A DNA stretch of 33,148 bases from Woeseiaceae bacterium (GTDB lineage Bacteria; Pseudomonadota; Gammaproteobacteria; Steroidobacterales; Woeseiaceae): positions 1 to 33,148 of the forward strand of contig JBLHLN010000001.1 in the NCBI GenBank assembly GCA_047620565.1, given 5' to 3'. A program made the position numbers and the translations under genes. The notes under the pieces were generated by a model that saw only the letters and a program-made list of their open reading frames with translations, was not told the origin of the DNA and ran no database searches. The first letter of the stretch is position 1. Every line of letters begins with the position of its first letter. This document shows positions 1-8,416 of this stretch, piece after piece.

Positions 1-107
1 GACATGGCATCTTCCAGCGCATCCGCCTTTTCAGAGAGCGTCGCAGCTCCCGCAATCGTCGCTGCCGTGGCGGCACTCATGCTATTCAGAAATTTGCGGC
101 GATCCAT
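1..107 (-). CDS. N-terminal 35 codons of an exported protein with a twin-arginine (Tat) signal; the rest lies outside the window
   Basis: The minus-strand ATG at 107-105 is preceded by GAGGAG (reverse complement of 115-120, 7-nt spacer). It reads MDRRKFLNSMSAATAATIAGAATLSEKADALEDAM. RRKFL followed by an Ala/Thr-rich hydrophobic stretch is a Tat-type signal. It is absent from the ORF track because the window edge truncates it. Confidence 0.5.
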   Translation of the reverse strand, partial: MDRRKFLNSMSAATAATIAGAATLSEKADALEDAM

Positions 108-135
108 GGTCTTGCTCCTCGCGATTGTTTTTCTT

Positions 136-816
136 TTATTTGATACTTATCACTATCTCGTCTAATCCGTCTATGCCACCAGTGAGCTGGTCTCCCGATA
201 CGACCGGCCCTACTCCCGCCGGCGTGCCGGTAAAAATCAGGTCTCCCGGCTGCAGCCGGAAAAGCGTCGAGAGTTCGGCGATCGATTCCGCTACTGACCA
301 TATTAGCTCATTCAGATCGCCCTGCTGGCGATTTTCCCCATTTACGTCAAGCCAGATGCGGCCACTCTCAGGATGGCCGATATCGTCGGCGCTATGAATG
401 GCCGATAGCGGCGCTGAATTGTCGAATCCTTTGGCGGTATCCCACGGCCGACCTTTTTCCTTGGCCTGTTTTTGCAGGTCCCGCCTGGTGAGATCAATAC
501 CGACGGCGTAGCCAAATACGTGTTGCAGCGCTTGCCCAAGCGGAATGTTTTCCCCACCTTTGTCGAGTGCTACGACCAGTTCGATTTCATGATGCAGGTT
601 GTCGGTGCGCGACGGATAGTCTATCGCAGCGCCATTTTCCACGACGGCATCGGCAGGTTTGGTGAAGAAAAACGGCGGGTCCCGATCCGGATCGTGGCCC
701 ATCTCACGCGCGTGCTCGGCATAGTTTCTGCCCACACAATAGATTCTGCGCACGGGAAACCTGGCTTCGGCCCTGGCAATCGAAACACTTGTTTGCGGCA
801 GCTGAAACAGATGCAT
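136..816 (-). CDS. Fumarylacetoacetate hydrolase (FAH) family protein (2-keto-4-pentenoate hydratase / oxaloacetate decarboxylase-like)
   Basis: Typical FAH-family strings are present: RIYCVGRNYAEHAREMG, FFFTKP, HHEIELVVAL, GYAVGIDLTRRD, PWDTAKGFD and GDLIFTGTPAGVG. The track ORF extends to 915, but I prefer the ATG at 816 (MHLFQLPQ...). This gives a 226-aa product typical of the family and leaves 817-902 as a divergent promoter region. Confidence 0.8.
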   Translation of the reverse strand: MHLFQLPQTSVSIARAEARFPVRRIYCVGRNYAEHAREMGHDPDRDPPFFFTKPADAVVENGAAIDYPSRTDNLHHEIELVVALDKGGENIPLGQALQHVFGYAVGIDLTRRDLQKQAKEKGRPWDTAKGFDNSAPLSAIHSADDIGHPESGRIWLDVNGENRQQGDLNELIWSVAESIAELSTLFRLQPGDLIFTGTPAGVGPVVSGDQLTGGIDGLDEIVISIK

Positions 817-902
817 ATTAAATGGCCTAAAACAGCAATATGACGCCATATTAAGTCGTAGAATATCGTGACAATCAAGTTGCACCAGATGGGGAACATG
901 AA

Positions 903-2135
903 ATGACAATCGCAAGACGGGAATTTCTCAAGGTCGTCGGAGGTGCGTCACTCGTTGGCAGCATAGGTGGCTATACAGCAACCGCATCGGCAGCCACGTC
1001 GGGACTGCCCGCATTCAGCTTTTCGGACAACCGCGTACCAATGAACGCAGCCAATCTTTGTCCAATGCCTGCGAGCGTCAGCGCCGCAAACACGAAATAC
1101 GCAAACGACCTGGATCGTGATCTCAGCACGGCAAACCGCAAGCGGATTGAAGCCTACAAAGAGGATGCACGAAGTCGCATCGCTGGCCTGCTCAGCACTT
1201 CTACAGATGAACTTGCCATCGTGCGCAACACGTCTGAGGCCAACAACGTCATCGTGCAGGGATTACCACTGAATACAGGAGACGAGATCGTACTTTGGGA
1301 TCAGAATCATCCTTCGAACTTTGGTGCATGGGACGTGCGTGCGAAACGCAGTGGAGCCGTCGTACGACACTTCTCGGTACCGAGCGATAGCGGGTCGATC
1401 GATGAAGTAGTCGATCTGTTTGTCGCCGCGGTCAGCGACAAAACAGTGGTTGTATCTTTTACACATATTTCAAACATCAGCGGCTTCCGCACACCCGTGG
1501 CAGAAATTTGTGCTGCGCTCAGGAAACGCAAGAGCAACCTGCATATTCACGTCGACGGTGCTCAGACCTGGGGTGCAGTCGACATAAACCTGGATCAGGT
1601 AGATTGCGACTCGTTCAGCGGTAGCGCACACAAATGGTTCATGGGGCCGCGAGAGGTTGGCCTGTTGTACGTCAGAGAGCGAAATATCGATCGCATCTGG
1701 CCCATTATCGTCAGCATTCCCTGGGGTGAGGCCGATGCCCCACCTGCAGGCGCGAGAAAATTTGATGCCCTCGGGCAACGCGACGACGCTGCGATCGCCG
1801 CATTATCCGATGCGGCAAAAATGCACGAAGAATTGACTCCTGTGGGCGTCGAGGATCAGTCGGCAATGATTGCGGGTCATCTACGCGCAGGCTTGCAGGA
1901 TCTCGACCTGCCGTTTGTCTCTACAGCTAATCCGTTATTCACAAGTAGCGTTGTTATTTTGCGGGCACCGAATGGGGCAGGTCCGAAAATGGTCGAGCAG
2001 GTATTTACCGACTCCGGCGTCGTAACCGCACCGACCGCCGGATTCAGAATGTCACCACATATTTACAACACCCTGGAACATGTCGATCGCGTTCTCGCCG
2101 CCGTCAGGAAAAATCGCGGCATGCTGGTGGGTTAG
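903..2135 (+). CDS. Class V aminotransferase-fold PLP enzyme (cysteine desulfurase / isopenicillin-N epimerase-like) with an N-terminal Tat signal
   Basis: The N-terminus MTIARREFLKVVGGASLVGSIGGYTATASA has a twin-arginine motif, an h-region and an ASA cleavage-type site. The body has class-V hallmarks: HVDGAQTWG and the PLP-lysine context SGSAHKWFMGPREVG. Confidence 0.75.
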   Translation: MTIARREFLKVVGGASLVGSIGGYTATASAATSGLPAFSFSDNRVPMNAANLCPMPASVSAANTKYANDLDRDLSTANRKRIEAYKEDARSRIAGLLSTSTDELAIVRNTSEANNVIVQGLPLNTGDEIVLWDQNHPSNFGAWDVRAKRSGAVVRHFSVPSDSGSIDEVVDLFVAAVSDKTVVVSFTHISNISGFRTPVAEICAALRKRKSNLHIHVDGAQTWGAVDINLDQVDCDSFSGSAHKWFMGPREVGLLYVRERNIDRIWPIIVSIPWGEADAPPAGARKFDALGQRDDAAIAALSDAAKMHEELTPVGVEDQSAMIAGHLRAGLQDLDLPFVSTANPLFTSSVVILRAPNGAGPKMVEQVFTDSGVVTAPTAGFRMSPHIYNTLEHVDRVLAAVRKNRGMLVG

Positions 2136-2188
2136 CCCGGGGAGAAATTGTGTCGTGAGAGCGGCTTTGTGGGAGCGCCCCCTGTTTC

Positions 2189-2524
2189 GTGGGAGCGGCT
2201 TTAGCCGCGAATCTTTTCTTTTTGCACCGACTGCAATCACGGCGAGCTGCCTTATGCTCATGGCTCGCTGCGCTGCGCTTTACTTCGCATAAGGGAGTCG
2301 CCGTGCTTGCAGTCTCCGTACTGCGGCCTCCAATTATCCGCGGTTTGCAGGATGCGGGTTGCCAGTTCGGTGCATGAGACTGTGGCCCGCAGAGATGCGG
2401 GCCGCAAGCCTACAGGGACGTACTTGCGGCGGGTCTCATGGACCGAACTGGCGACCCGTGTCCGGATTAGCGTGATTGCAGGCTGGATATAAATAAGGGA
2501 ATCGCGGCTGGAAGCCGCTCCCAC
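2189..2524. repeat. Copy A of a ~336-bp REP-bounded, highly palindromic MITE-like element
   Basis: The termini are inverted REP hairpins: GTGGGAGCGGCTTTAGCCGCGAAT at 2189-2212 and its near reverse complement GAATCGCGGCTGGAAGCCGCTCCCAC at 2499-2524. The core holds a 25-nt-arm stem (2356-2380 / 2433-2457), nested 8-bp hairpins and a second long hairpin at about 2243-2304. A second copy in opposite core orientation lies at 32754-33090. It sits in the convergent intergenic space between two gene ends. Confidence 0.85.
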
Positions 2525-2544
2525 GAAACAGATCACACAAACAA

Positions 2545-2570
2545 GAATCGCGGCTGGAAGCCGCTCCCAC
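2545..2570. repeat. Solo REP hairpin unit, with a degenerate partial unit at about 2155-2176
   Basis: GAATCGCGGCTGGAAGCCGCTCCCAC is identical to the right terminus of copy A, 20 bp further on. It resembles the Pseudomonas putida-type REP consensus (GTAGGAGCGGGTTTACCCGCGAA). Confidence 0.8.
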
Positions 2571-2629
2571 GAACAAGGGTTGCTTCCACAGGTGGGGCCG
2601 TTCCTGCGGTGTCGTGCCGCCAGGCGGAC

Positions 2630-3895
2630 TTATTGTCGTTCGTCGTCCGGCGGAATATGCCACTCCAGGTTGTTCGGTGGCGAAACCATTCTTTCCCGCG
2701 GGCGTTCCATTGCGCGCAATTGCGGCGTGAAATCATAGGGCACGACGGAGGGTCGCGTCGTGCCGCCACGATTCACAAACTCCCATACAATTGTGCCGTC
2801 CGTTTGTACCTGGAACAGGCGGCCGGTGTTGTCCTCAGCGATGTAGGTGTTGCCGTTGGGTAAGCGTTTTTGCGAGCCCATGGTCTTGCTGAAAAACTTC
2901 ATGTTGGCGTAGCCATTTGTCTCGTATTTCCATACGATTTCGCCGCTGACCGGATTCATTTCGATAATGAATGTCTGCCCGGTATGTGTTCGGTGGCGTG
3001 GAAACAGCGAGTTGTCGAAAAGAATAATATTGCCGGCGCCGGGGAGTCCTTTTTCTATCATCTCGGGTTCGTGCGAGTGCGCCATACCGCCTTTGTAGTC
3101 ATGACTCCCCTCCCAGACTACATCGCCGCTTTCCTTGTCGATGATGTACATCATATTGATGTTCCGGGCATTTAGAATAATATTGCCTGGTCGGAAGCGT
3201 TCGTCACCGCCGTCATACCATTTGTTCTCCGGTAGCGGCGCAATCGAATTCGCATGCAGCCAGTCGTCCAAAGGCGTCAACGGTGAAAAAAGGTTCAGGT
3301 CGAGGTGGTCGTGTGCATGCCACTCCCAGACCACCTCACCATCCGGGTTGACTTCATAAATATCGGCGCCGTTCTGGTGTTCCTCGCTGCCGCGCTTGCG
3401 CGGCGACCACCACGGCGCGATTTTTTCATCGACATCATTAACTTTTGCCTGCGCTGCTGCCGGGATTGGCTCGTGCGCTATTAACAAGCGGTTGCCGTTT
3501 GGCAAATATCGCAAGTCATTAGTCGAACCGATGCCCTTGTGCTCCCAGACGACGTTGCTGTCCCAGTCGTACTCGATGATCCTTTTGTCGGGGCCCGCAT
3601 AAAGCAGGTGGCCATTCGGCAGGAGCCGGCTGCGCTTGTTGAAAAAGGGTGCGACGTTCCACGTATGAACGACGTTGCCGTTCATGTCGATGAGTCTTAC
3701 GTCACCCGGAACCTGTTCCGTCGCGCGAACGGCCGCTGACGGATGATTACCGACATCAGAGTGGTCCGATATCAGGATATAGCTACTGTATGCAGCCTCG
3801 GGATCATAAATTGTTGTCCCTGTCGGATATACGGTTGGATAGGCGAGTGCAATGGCGCTCAGGCAAGACAGGACAAGAATAGTCGGGAATTTCAT
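2630..3895 (-). CDS. Secreted arylsulfotransferase (ASST)-like beta-propeller protein
   Basis: The signal peptide is MKFPTILVLSCLSAIALAYP. Repeated 'NG..v.W' blades are present (MNGNVVHTWNV, LPNGHLLYAG, DSNVVWEH, LPNGNRLL, DGEVVWEWHAHDH, SGDVVWE, SGEIVWKY, LPNGNTYI, DGTIVWEF), typical of ASST-type proteins. The family call is by eye only. Confidence 0.55.
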   Translation of the reverse strand: MKFPTILVLSCLSAIALAYPTVYPTGTTIYDPEAAYSSYILISDHSDVGNHPSAAVRATEQVPGDVRLIDMNGNVVHTWNVAPFFNKRSRLLPNGHLLYAGPDKRIIEYDWDSNVVWEHKGIGSTNDLRYLPNGNRLLIAHEPIPAAAQAKVNDVDEKIAPWWSPRKRGSEEHQNGADIYEVNPDGEVVWEWHAHDHLDLNLFSPLTPLDDWLHANSIAPLPENKWYDGGDERFRPGNIILNARNINMMYIIDKESGDVVWEGSHDYKGGMAHSHEPEMIEKGLPGAGNIILFDNSLFPRHRTHTGQTFIIEMNPVSGEIVWKYETNGYANMKFFSKTMGSQKRLPNGNTYIAEDNTGRLFQVQTDGTIVWEFVNRGGTTRPSVVPYDFTPQLRAMERPRERMVSPPNNLEWHIPPDDERQ

Positions 3896-4049
3896 CGATA
3901 CAGCCCCCGTTTTCGGCCACGAGGCAGGACCGCCAGCGGCTCTTAGTTGGCATCATAATACGGCACGTTATTGGCAACTGCCATGCATCCGGCGCTTCAA
4001 ATCTCACGGTCTGATCGCATGGCAAGACCGCCGCAAATGATCGCGCAGC

Positions 4050-5984
4050 TTACTGGCCGAAGTTGACGCGAACGCCAACAAAACCGGAACGTCCGCGAGT
4101 TTTGTACCCGTACACCTGTTCATATTCTTCGTCGAGCAGGTTAGTGACCCGGGCGAACAGATTGACGTTGCGCGTGAGATCAAATCCGCTGGTCAGGTCG
4201 ACCAGCCAGCTTGAATCCAGGGTGACGATCTCGGACGGCGCAGGAAAAGGCGGGAAAAATATATCGGTTCTTGAGCCGCCGTAATCTGCAACCAGCAGGA
4301 TATTTGCTCTATTGTCGAAAAATCGGTAATTGCCGCTAATGCTACCGCTATGTCGCGGCCGTCGCAGTTCGCGGGTTTCGATGCCCTGGTCGTCTTTCTC
4401 TTTGGCATCGGTGTATGTATAGGACGCAGAAATTTCCATGCGTTCCGAATATTTCCACGATGACGAGAACTCGACACCACGCCTTGAGCTGTCACCAGCA
4501 ACATTTTCTGCCGTGAACAGAAATGTCAGCGGGTCAAAAACAAAACCGTTGATTTCGTCTTCAAGGTCCTGGTTGAAAACGGTTAGCTGCACTGACAATG
4601 CTTCATCAAGAAATAGCTGTTCAAAACCGAATTCGATCGATGTAGATTTTTCGGGTTTCAGATCCGGGTTACCAATAAACTGACCCGGAAAAAAACCGAA
4701 GCGCTCGATGAAAGTCGGTGCCTTCTGCCCGGTACCAACGCTGGCGCGCAGCCGGGTAGTCTCATTGAGTTCATAGGCGAGCGAGAATCGCCCGGTTAAC
4801 GCATTCTCGAAATCGCTGTAATCATCGTAGCGGGCACTCAGCAGCCAGGTAATTCTGCCGATTGAATGGCCCTGGTAGTCTGCAATTACGCTGTTGACAC
4901 TCGTATCCTGATCCTGGTTCGGGTCACCAAAACCAACTTCCCCGCGCTGTTCAAAATTCGTCGTTTCATGCTCCAACGCGAGAGACAATATGTTTTCGGC
5001 GAGCCGAATATCTGCCTGGTAACTGATGGTGGTTCGATCCGATGCGGTCGAAGACACTTCAACGCCATCAGTGAGATTGTTATTGCTTGTATCGAAATAC
5101 CGAACATTCAAATGATGCAGGAATCGGCCGCCCGGGGACTCCAGCGAGCTGCCAATATGCAAATACGTCTGGCTGGTGTCGGTGGCTACATCTGCATCAG
5201 CAGGAATACCGGTGACAAAAAAATCGACAGGATCAAATTGTGAATAAGCATCAACGACGCGCGCTCCAAAATCGACAGTCAGCCTGTCTGACGCGAGAAA
5301 TCGGCCGGACAACGATGCCGTCGTCATATCCGAGTCGTCATCTTCGCTGCCGGTACGCGATATATTAGTGCCATCGGTATTGAGGCTCTCGAGCGCATAG
5401 CCAAGCGACCAGCGCTCACCACCGGCGCCACCGTTAAAGCCGGCGTTGACGGTACTGTGCGAACCGGCTTCAGTGTACGCAGACAACTCCGGGCTGGAAG
5501 CGCCCGAACGAGTGATGACATGTACGACGGCGGCCACGGCGTCGCTTCCCCACAGTGAGCTTTGCGGTCCTCGCACAATCTCTATGCGCTCAATATTGTT
5601 TGTGCTGAGCAACTCCCAGCGAAACTCATCACCACTGGCTGGGTCATTTGCCCGGATTCCGTCGATCAGCACGAGAACGTGATTGGCCTCGGAGCCTCTC
5701 ACCCGTACCTGGGTTTGTGATCCTGTCGTCCCGGAATGGCTGACGGCGAATCCCGGAACTGTTCGCAAGAGATCGGTGACATAGCGCGCCTGCCGATACT
5801 CAATTTGTTCGCGTGTAATGACTGATGTTGCGCTGCCGAGGTTCGCTAGCTCAAGCGGGGACCGCGAAGCGGTGACGACAATGTTGTCGAGTTTTTCCTT
5901 TGCAGCGGTTTCAGATTGGCTGTGAGCTGGCGTGCACACTACGAACAAAGCAAGCGCGGGTACTGCCAAGTGCCTGAATGACAT
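4050..5984 (-). CDS. btuB: TonB-dependent outer-membrane cobalamin receptor (BtuB-like)
   Basis: A signal peptide is followed by the TonB box DNIVVTA. The plug region (VITREQIE...DLLRTVPGF...RVRGSEANHVLVLIDGIRANDP...ERIEIVRGPQSSLWGSDAVAAVVHVIT) aligns closely with E. coli BtuB. The gene is directly preceded by a cobalamin riboswitch. Confidence 0.85.
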   Translation of the reverse strand: MSFRHLAVPALALFVVCTPAHSQSETAAKEKLDNIVVTASRSPLELANLGSATSVITREQIEYRQARYVTDLLRTVPGFAVSHSGTTGSQTQVRVRGSEANHVLVLIDGIRANDPASGDEFRWELLSTNNIERIEIVRGPQSSLWGSDAVAAVVHVITRSGASSPELSAYTEAGSHSTVNAGFNGGAGGERWSLGYALESLNTDGTNISRTGSEDDDSDMTTASLSGRFLASDRLTVDFGARVVDAYSQFDPVDFFVTGIPADADVATDTSQTYLHIGSSLESPGGRFLHHLNVRYFDTSNNNLTDGVEVSSTASDRTTISYQADIRLAENILSLALEHETTNFEQRGEVGFGDPNQDQDTSVNSVIADYQGHSIGRITWLLSARYDDYSDFENALTGRFSLAYELNETTRLRASVGTGQKAPTFIERFGFFPGQFIGNPDLKPEKSTSIEFGFEQLFLDEALSVQLTVFNQDLEDEINGFVFDPLTFLFTAENVAGDSSRRGVEFSSSWKYSERMEISASYTYTDAKEKDDQGIETRELRRPRHSGSISGNYRFFDNRANILLVADYGGSRTDIFFPPFPAPSEIVTLDSSWLVDLTSGFDLTRNVNLFARVTNLLDEEYEQVYGYKTRGRSGFVGVRVNFGQ

Positions 5985-6095
5985 CTGTTATTCTCCCGCC
6001 CGGACCCCCGTACCATGGCAATAATGTTGATCGGGGAAGGAGGGGAGATTTTCATCTCCACGTAATCGCCCGCCGCGATCGAACTGTGGACCAAT

Positions 6096-6284
6096 CGACA
6101 GGCCGGTCTCCGGACTCATAAGTGATGCAAGCATCGCGTCGATCGCCTTCCCACGCTCGTGCGCAGTGGCTTCATTGATCGACTGACTTATTTACCGTTG
6201 CGGGGGCAGTGACGGAGTTGCCAAAACTGGCGCACCGTCTTCCCGTTTAATATGTAGCGCGAAACGCCACATAAACACCTGTCG
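6096..6284 (-). promoter_or_regulatory. Cobalamin (B12) riboswitch aptamer in the btuB leader
   Basis: The minus strand reads CGACAGG(P1)...AAACGGGAAGACGGTGCGCC...CACTGCCCCCGCAACGGTAAATAAGTCAG...GAAGCCACTGCGCACGAGCGTGGGAAGGC...TGAGTCCGGAGACCGGCCTGTCG. The conserved GGGAA/GGTG core, GCCCCCGCAACGGTAA, AGCCACTG...GGGAAGGC and the B12 box (AGTCCGGAGACCGGCC) are all present. P1 closes as CGACAGG / CCTGTCG. Confidence 0.9.
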
Positions 6285-6296
6285 AGTTCGCGAGAA

Positions 6297-6325
6297 ACGA
6301 TACGCCTCGAAATTCCCTTTTGCAA
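6297..6325 (-). promoter_or_regulatory. Candidate sigma70 promoter for the riboswitch-btuB transcript
   Basis: The minus strand has TTGCAA (6325-6320), a 17-nt spacer, then TATCGT (6302-6297). This places a start site a few nt upstream of riboswitch P1 at 6284. It is a pattern match only. Confidence 0.3.
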
Positions 6326-6364
6326 GAACAGGCGCAGGCCAACTCAATGCCGGCATTTGGCAGG

Positions 6365-6796
6365 CTATGGATCATCAACGAAACGCCGGCGGAGGTCTTC
6401 GGTCGGAATCCAGCATGCGTCCTTTTGTCCAAACCACTTGTAACGCCTGCTGCCGATAAAATCGTAGATTGGATTGGCGACGAATTGCGGTACCCAGAAG
6501 AAAAGGTAATAAAGGAGTGGCCATGCGCCATCAAGTCGTTTCGCAATCTGAAGTCCCGCACGGGACTTGCCATAGAGCTTGCCATCGACGATTAGCAAAA
6601 CGGAGCTTAGCTCATCGTCGGCATATCGATGATCGGACAACCACTGCCGTGCTGCTGCAGATTGAAGGGCGGCAAAGCGGAAACGCGCTTTCTTGTCACG
6701 GCCAATGATAAATCGAACGGTACTCTCACACAGGTTACAAATGCCATCAAACAAAATCAGTGGTTGGTCGGATCCATCCGTCACGATGCTAGCCAT
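6365..6796 (-). CDS. DCC-family thiol-disulfide oxidoreductase (DUF393)
   Basis: LILFDGICNLCESTVRFIIGRDKKARFRFAALQS is the hallmark DxxCxxC N-terminal motif of the DCC1-like family. The preferred start is the ATG at 6796 (MASIVTDG...). The track start at 6829 would overlap the upstream gene by 13 nt and remains possible. Confidence 0.75.
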   Translation of the reverse strand: MASIVTDGSDQPLILFDGICNLCESTVRFIIGRDKKARFRFAALQSAAARQWLSDHRYADDELSSVLLIVDGKLYGKSRAGLQIAKRLDGAWPLLYYLFFWVPQFVANPIYDFIGSRRYKWFGQKDACWIPTEDLRRRFVDDP

Positions 6797-6816
6797 TCTG
6801 CCGCCCAAGCCACACT

Positions 6817-8262
6817 TTAATGCCTGCATCGCGTCGGGCGCGGCTCATCCACCACGCGGAATGACATGTATTTGCGTTCCAGCCAGCTCTGAGCGGTGAA
6901 ATGTTCGTTAATAAATGCTGTCGTGCTATCGGGATCGTCGAGTTTGTAGGTGACACCTTCGACATTCACGGTGATGGGTAATGCCAGCTGCTCGCGAGAG
7001 GTGAAGTGGCGCTGAAAGTCGAACATGACGACGCCCAGTCCCTGCTTGCTGAGTTTCTGCATGGACGGGTTGCTTGCTTCTTCTACGTACAGGACTTTGT
7101 CCTGGTAAGGGAACAATGGAATCGGTTCACGAATAATATAGTGATTGGAAATTCCGCCTTCGGTGCGCAAGCCACTGAACATGGCCATCGTGCCGCCAGT
7201 TCCCAGCCCGATATACGGACTCAGGCAGTGCAGGAAAAACCAGACCGGAATCAGGTTCAGAACCAGAAGTGGCGACTTAAGACGGTAGGGTGCGTCTTCG
7301 TTGCGCATCTGCCCGTACTTGAAAACCAGGAACATCAGCGATATTGCGAATACAGCAAACAGGCTGTTGACGAGGATGCCCTGACGTGTCGTCGCGAGAT
7401 GAATGGCCAATGCTACTTGTAGCACGATAAACAAAATGGTGGCCGCGCGGAAATTCAGTTCATTCTTGAGAATGTTGGGGACCAGCGGTTCCTTGAACAT
7501 TCTCTGACCGAATCCGGACGGCAGGAACAATGTATGAAGCGCAAGCGCGAATGCTGAGAAATGCGCCAGCGTTCCGTAACCGGAAATTCCGATGAAGAAG
7601 TGAAATGACATTCCCAGCAACATGCCAAAGTACTTGCTGCGCGAGGAAAGCAAAAGGATCATCGCAATCGATTCGAGTATTAAGGTTCCGTAAATTGCCA
7701 TGTACTCGAGCCAGCCAGGTCCCAGCAGGTCCCGCAAAATCGGGAACCCGTTGACGAATGGCACGGCGCAACTCGACTCAATGCTCATAAAACCGGGATT
7801 GAGCTTATGAAACGTGCCGTAGAAGTACATGATCATCAGCAGCCAGCGTCCGATCGGGCTGAACACGGCAAACATTTCATCGACAGAGACTGACAGGGTT
7901 CGCTTCCTGATTGCCGGGTAGAGAAATGCGATCAGAATGCTCAGGTTAAGAAACAGTTCCATCACAAGGTGATCGGCGACAAATGGGTAGCGGAGAAATA
8001 TCGCAATGAGCTGGCCGATACACATTGTCATGACGGCCCAGGTTTTGGTTGGGTAACACGCAGCGATAAACGCGCTAACTATCGACAGAAAAACCAGCGG
8101 TGTTACCAGCGGGTTGTAAGTGAACCAGTAGTTGATGATGTCGGAGGACGATGAGGTGTAATGCCAGATTGCGGATACGGCGAACAGCCAGACAAAAACG
8201 GTCGCGTGGCTCGGCGCAGAGGAGCTGGTGTCCAGTGGACTACTGTCTGAGTTGGATGTCAT
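6817..8262 (-). CDS. Polytopic membrane protein, possibly HTTM / vitamin-K gamma-carboxylase-like, with a ~130-aa soluble C-terminal domain
   Basis: About 10 hydrophobic helices are visible. Motifs such as FVADHLVMELFLNLSIL and YFYGTFHKLNPGF are reminiscent of HTTM domains. It lies immediately upstream of a DCC-family gene, a pairing often seen for HTTM proteins. The family assignment is tentative. Confidence 0.4.
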   Translation of the reverse strand: MTSNSDSSPLDTSSSAPSHATVFVWLFAVSAIWHYTSSSSDIINYWFTYNPLVTPLVFLSIVSAFIAACYPTKTWAVMTMCIGQLIAIFLRYPFVADHLVMELFLNLSILIAFLYPAIRKRTLSVSVDEMFAVFSPIGRWLLMIMYFYGTFHKLNPGFMSIESSCAVPFVNGFPILRDLLGPGWLEYMAIYGTLILESIAMILLLSSRSKYFGMLLGMSFHFFIGISGYGTLAHFSAFALALHTLFLPSGFGQRMFKEPLVPNILKNELNFRAATILFIVLQVALAIHLATTRQGILVNSLFAVFAISLMFLVFKYGQMRNEDAPYRLKSPLLVLNLIPVWFFLHCLSPYIGLGTGGTMAMFSGLRTEGGISNHYIIREPIPLFPYQDKVLYVEEASNPSMQKLSKQGLGVVMFDFQRHFTSREQLALPITVNVEGVTYKLDDPDSTTAFINEHFTAQSWLERKYMSFRVVDEPRPTRCRH

Positions 8263-8416
8263 TTCGTCAGCCTACGTCGTCAGTCTCATTTGAAACCGCG
8301 ACAATGTCTCATTTTATTCATGCGTTCAAGATGAAAACCAACATTTGATCAATTACTTAGCGGATATTGGCGGGCAAGCATTCGACTCGCTGATGAATTA
8401 GTATTCGCAGGGTCGT

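Noticed and set aside
817-915. The N-terminal extension of the FAH-family ORF to 915 (MRLSFHVPHLVQLDCHDILRLNMASYCCFRPFN).
   Set aside because: The extension is Cys/His-rich and has no counterpart in FAH-family proteins. It would also overlap the start of the divergent aminotransferase gene at 903. The internal ATG at 816 gives a family-typical length.
2307-2492. Short ORFs inside the repeat elements that encode similar peptides (MQSPYCGLQ...VHETVARRDAG.KPTGTYLRRVSW) at 2307-2492 (+) and 32477-32971 (-), plus several other 60-90-aa ORFs across 2052-2769.
   Set aside because: The peptide similarity is simply a consequence of the DNA repeat. The copy-B ORF runs out of the element and across the sstT stop codon into the 3' end of sstT on the opposite strand. 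The differences between copies include compensatory stem changes rather than a synonymous-biased pattern. REP-type repeats are known to generate such spurious 'GAASSRD/GSGFSRE' ORFs.
2150-2575. A possible CRISPR array, because a ~25-bp palindromic unit recurs.
   Set aside because: Only 3-4 units are present. They occur in both orientations with irregular spacing of 20 to about 290 bp. The units are REP-like hairpins, and no cas genes or leader are present.
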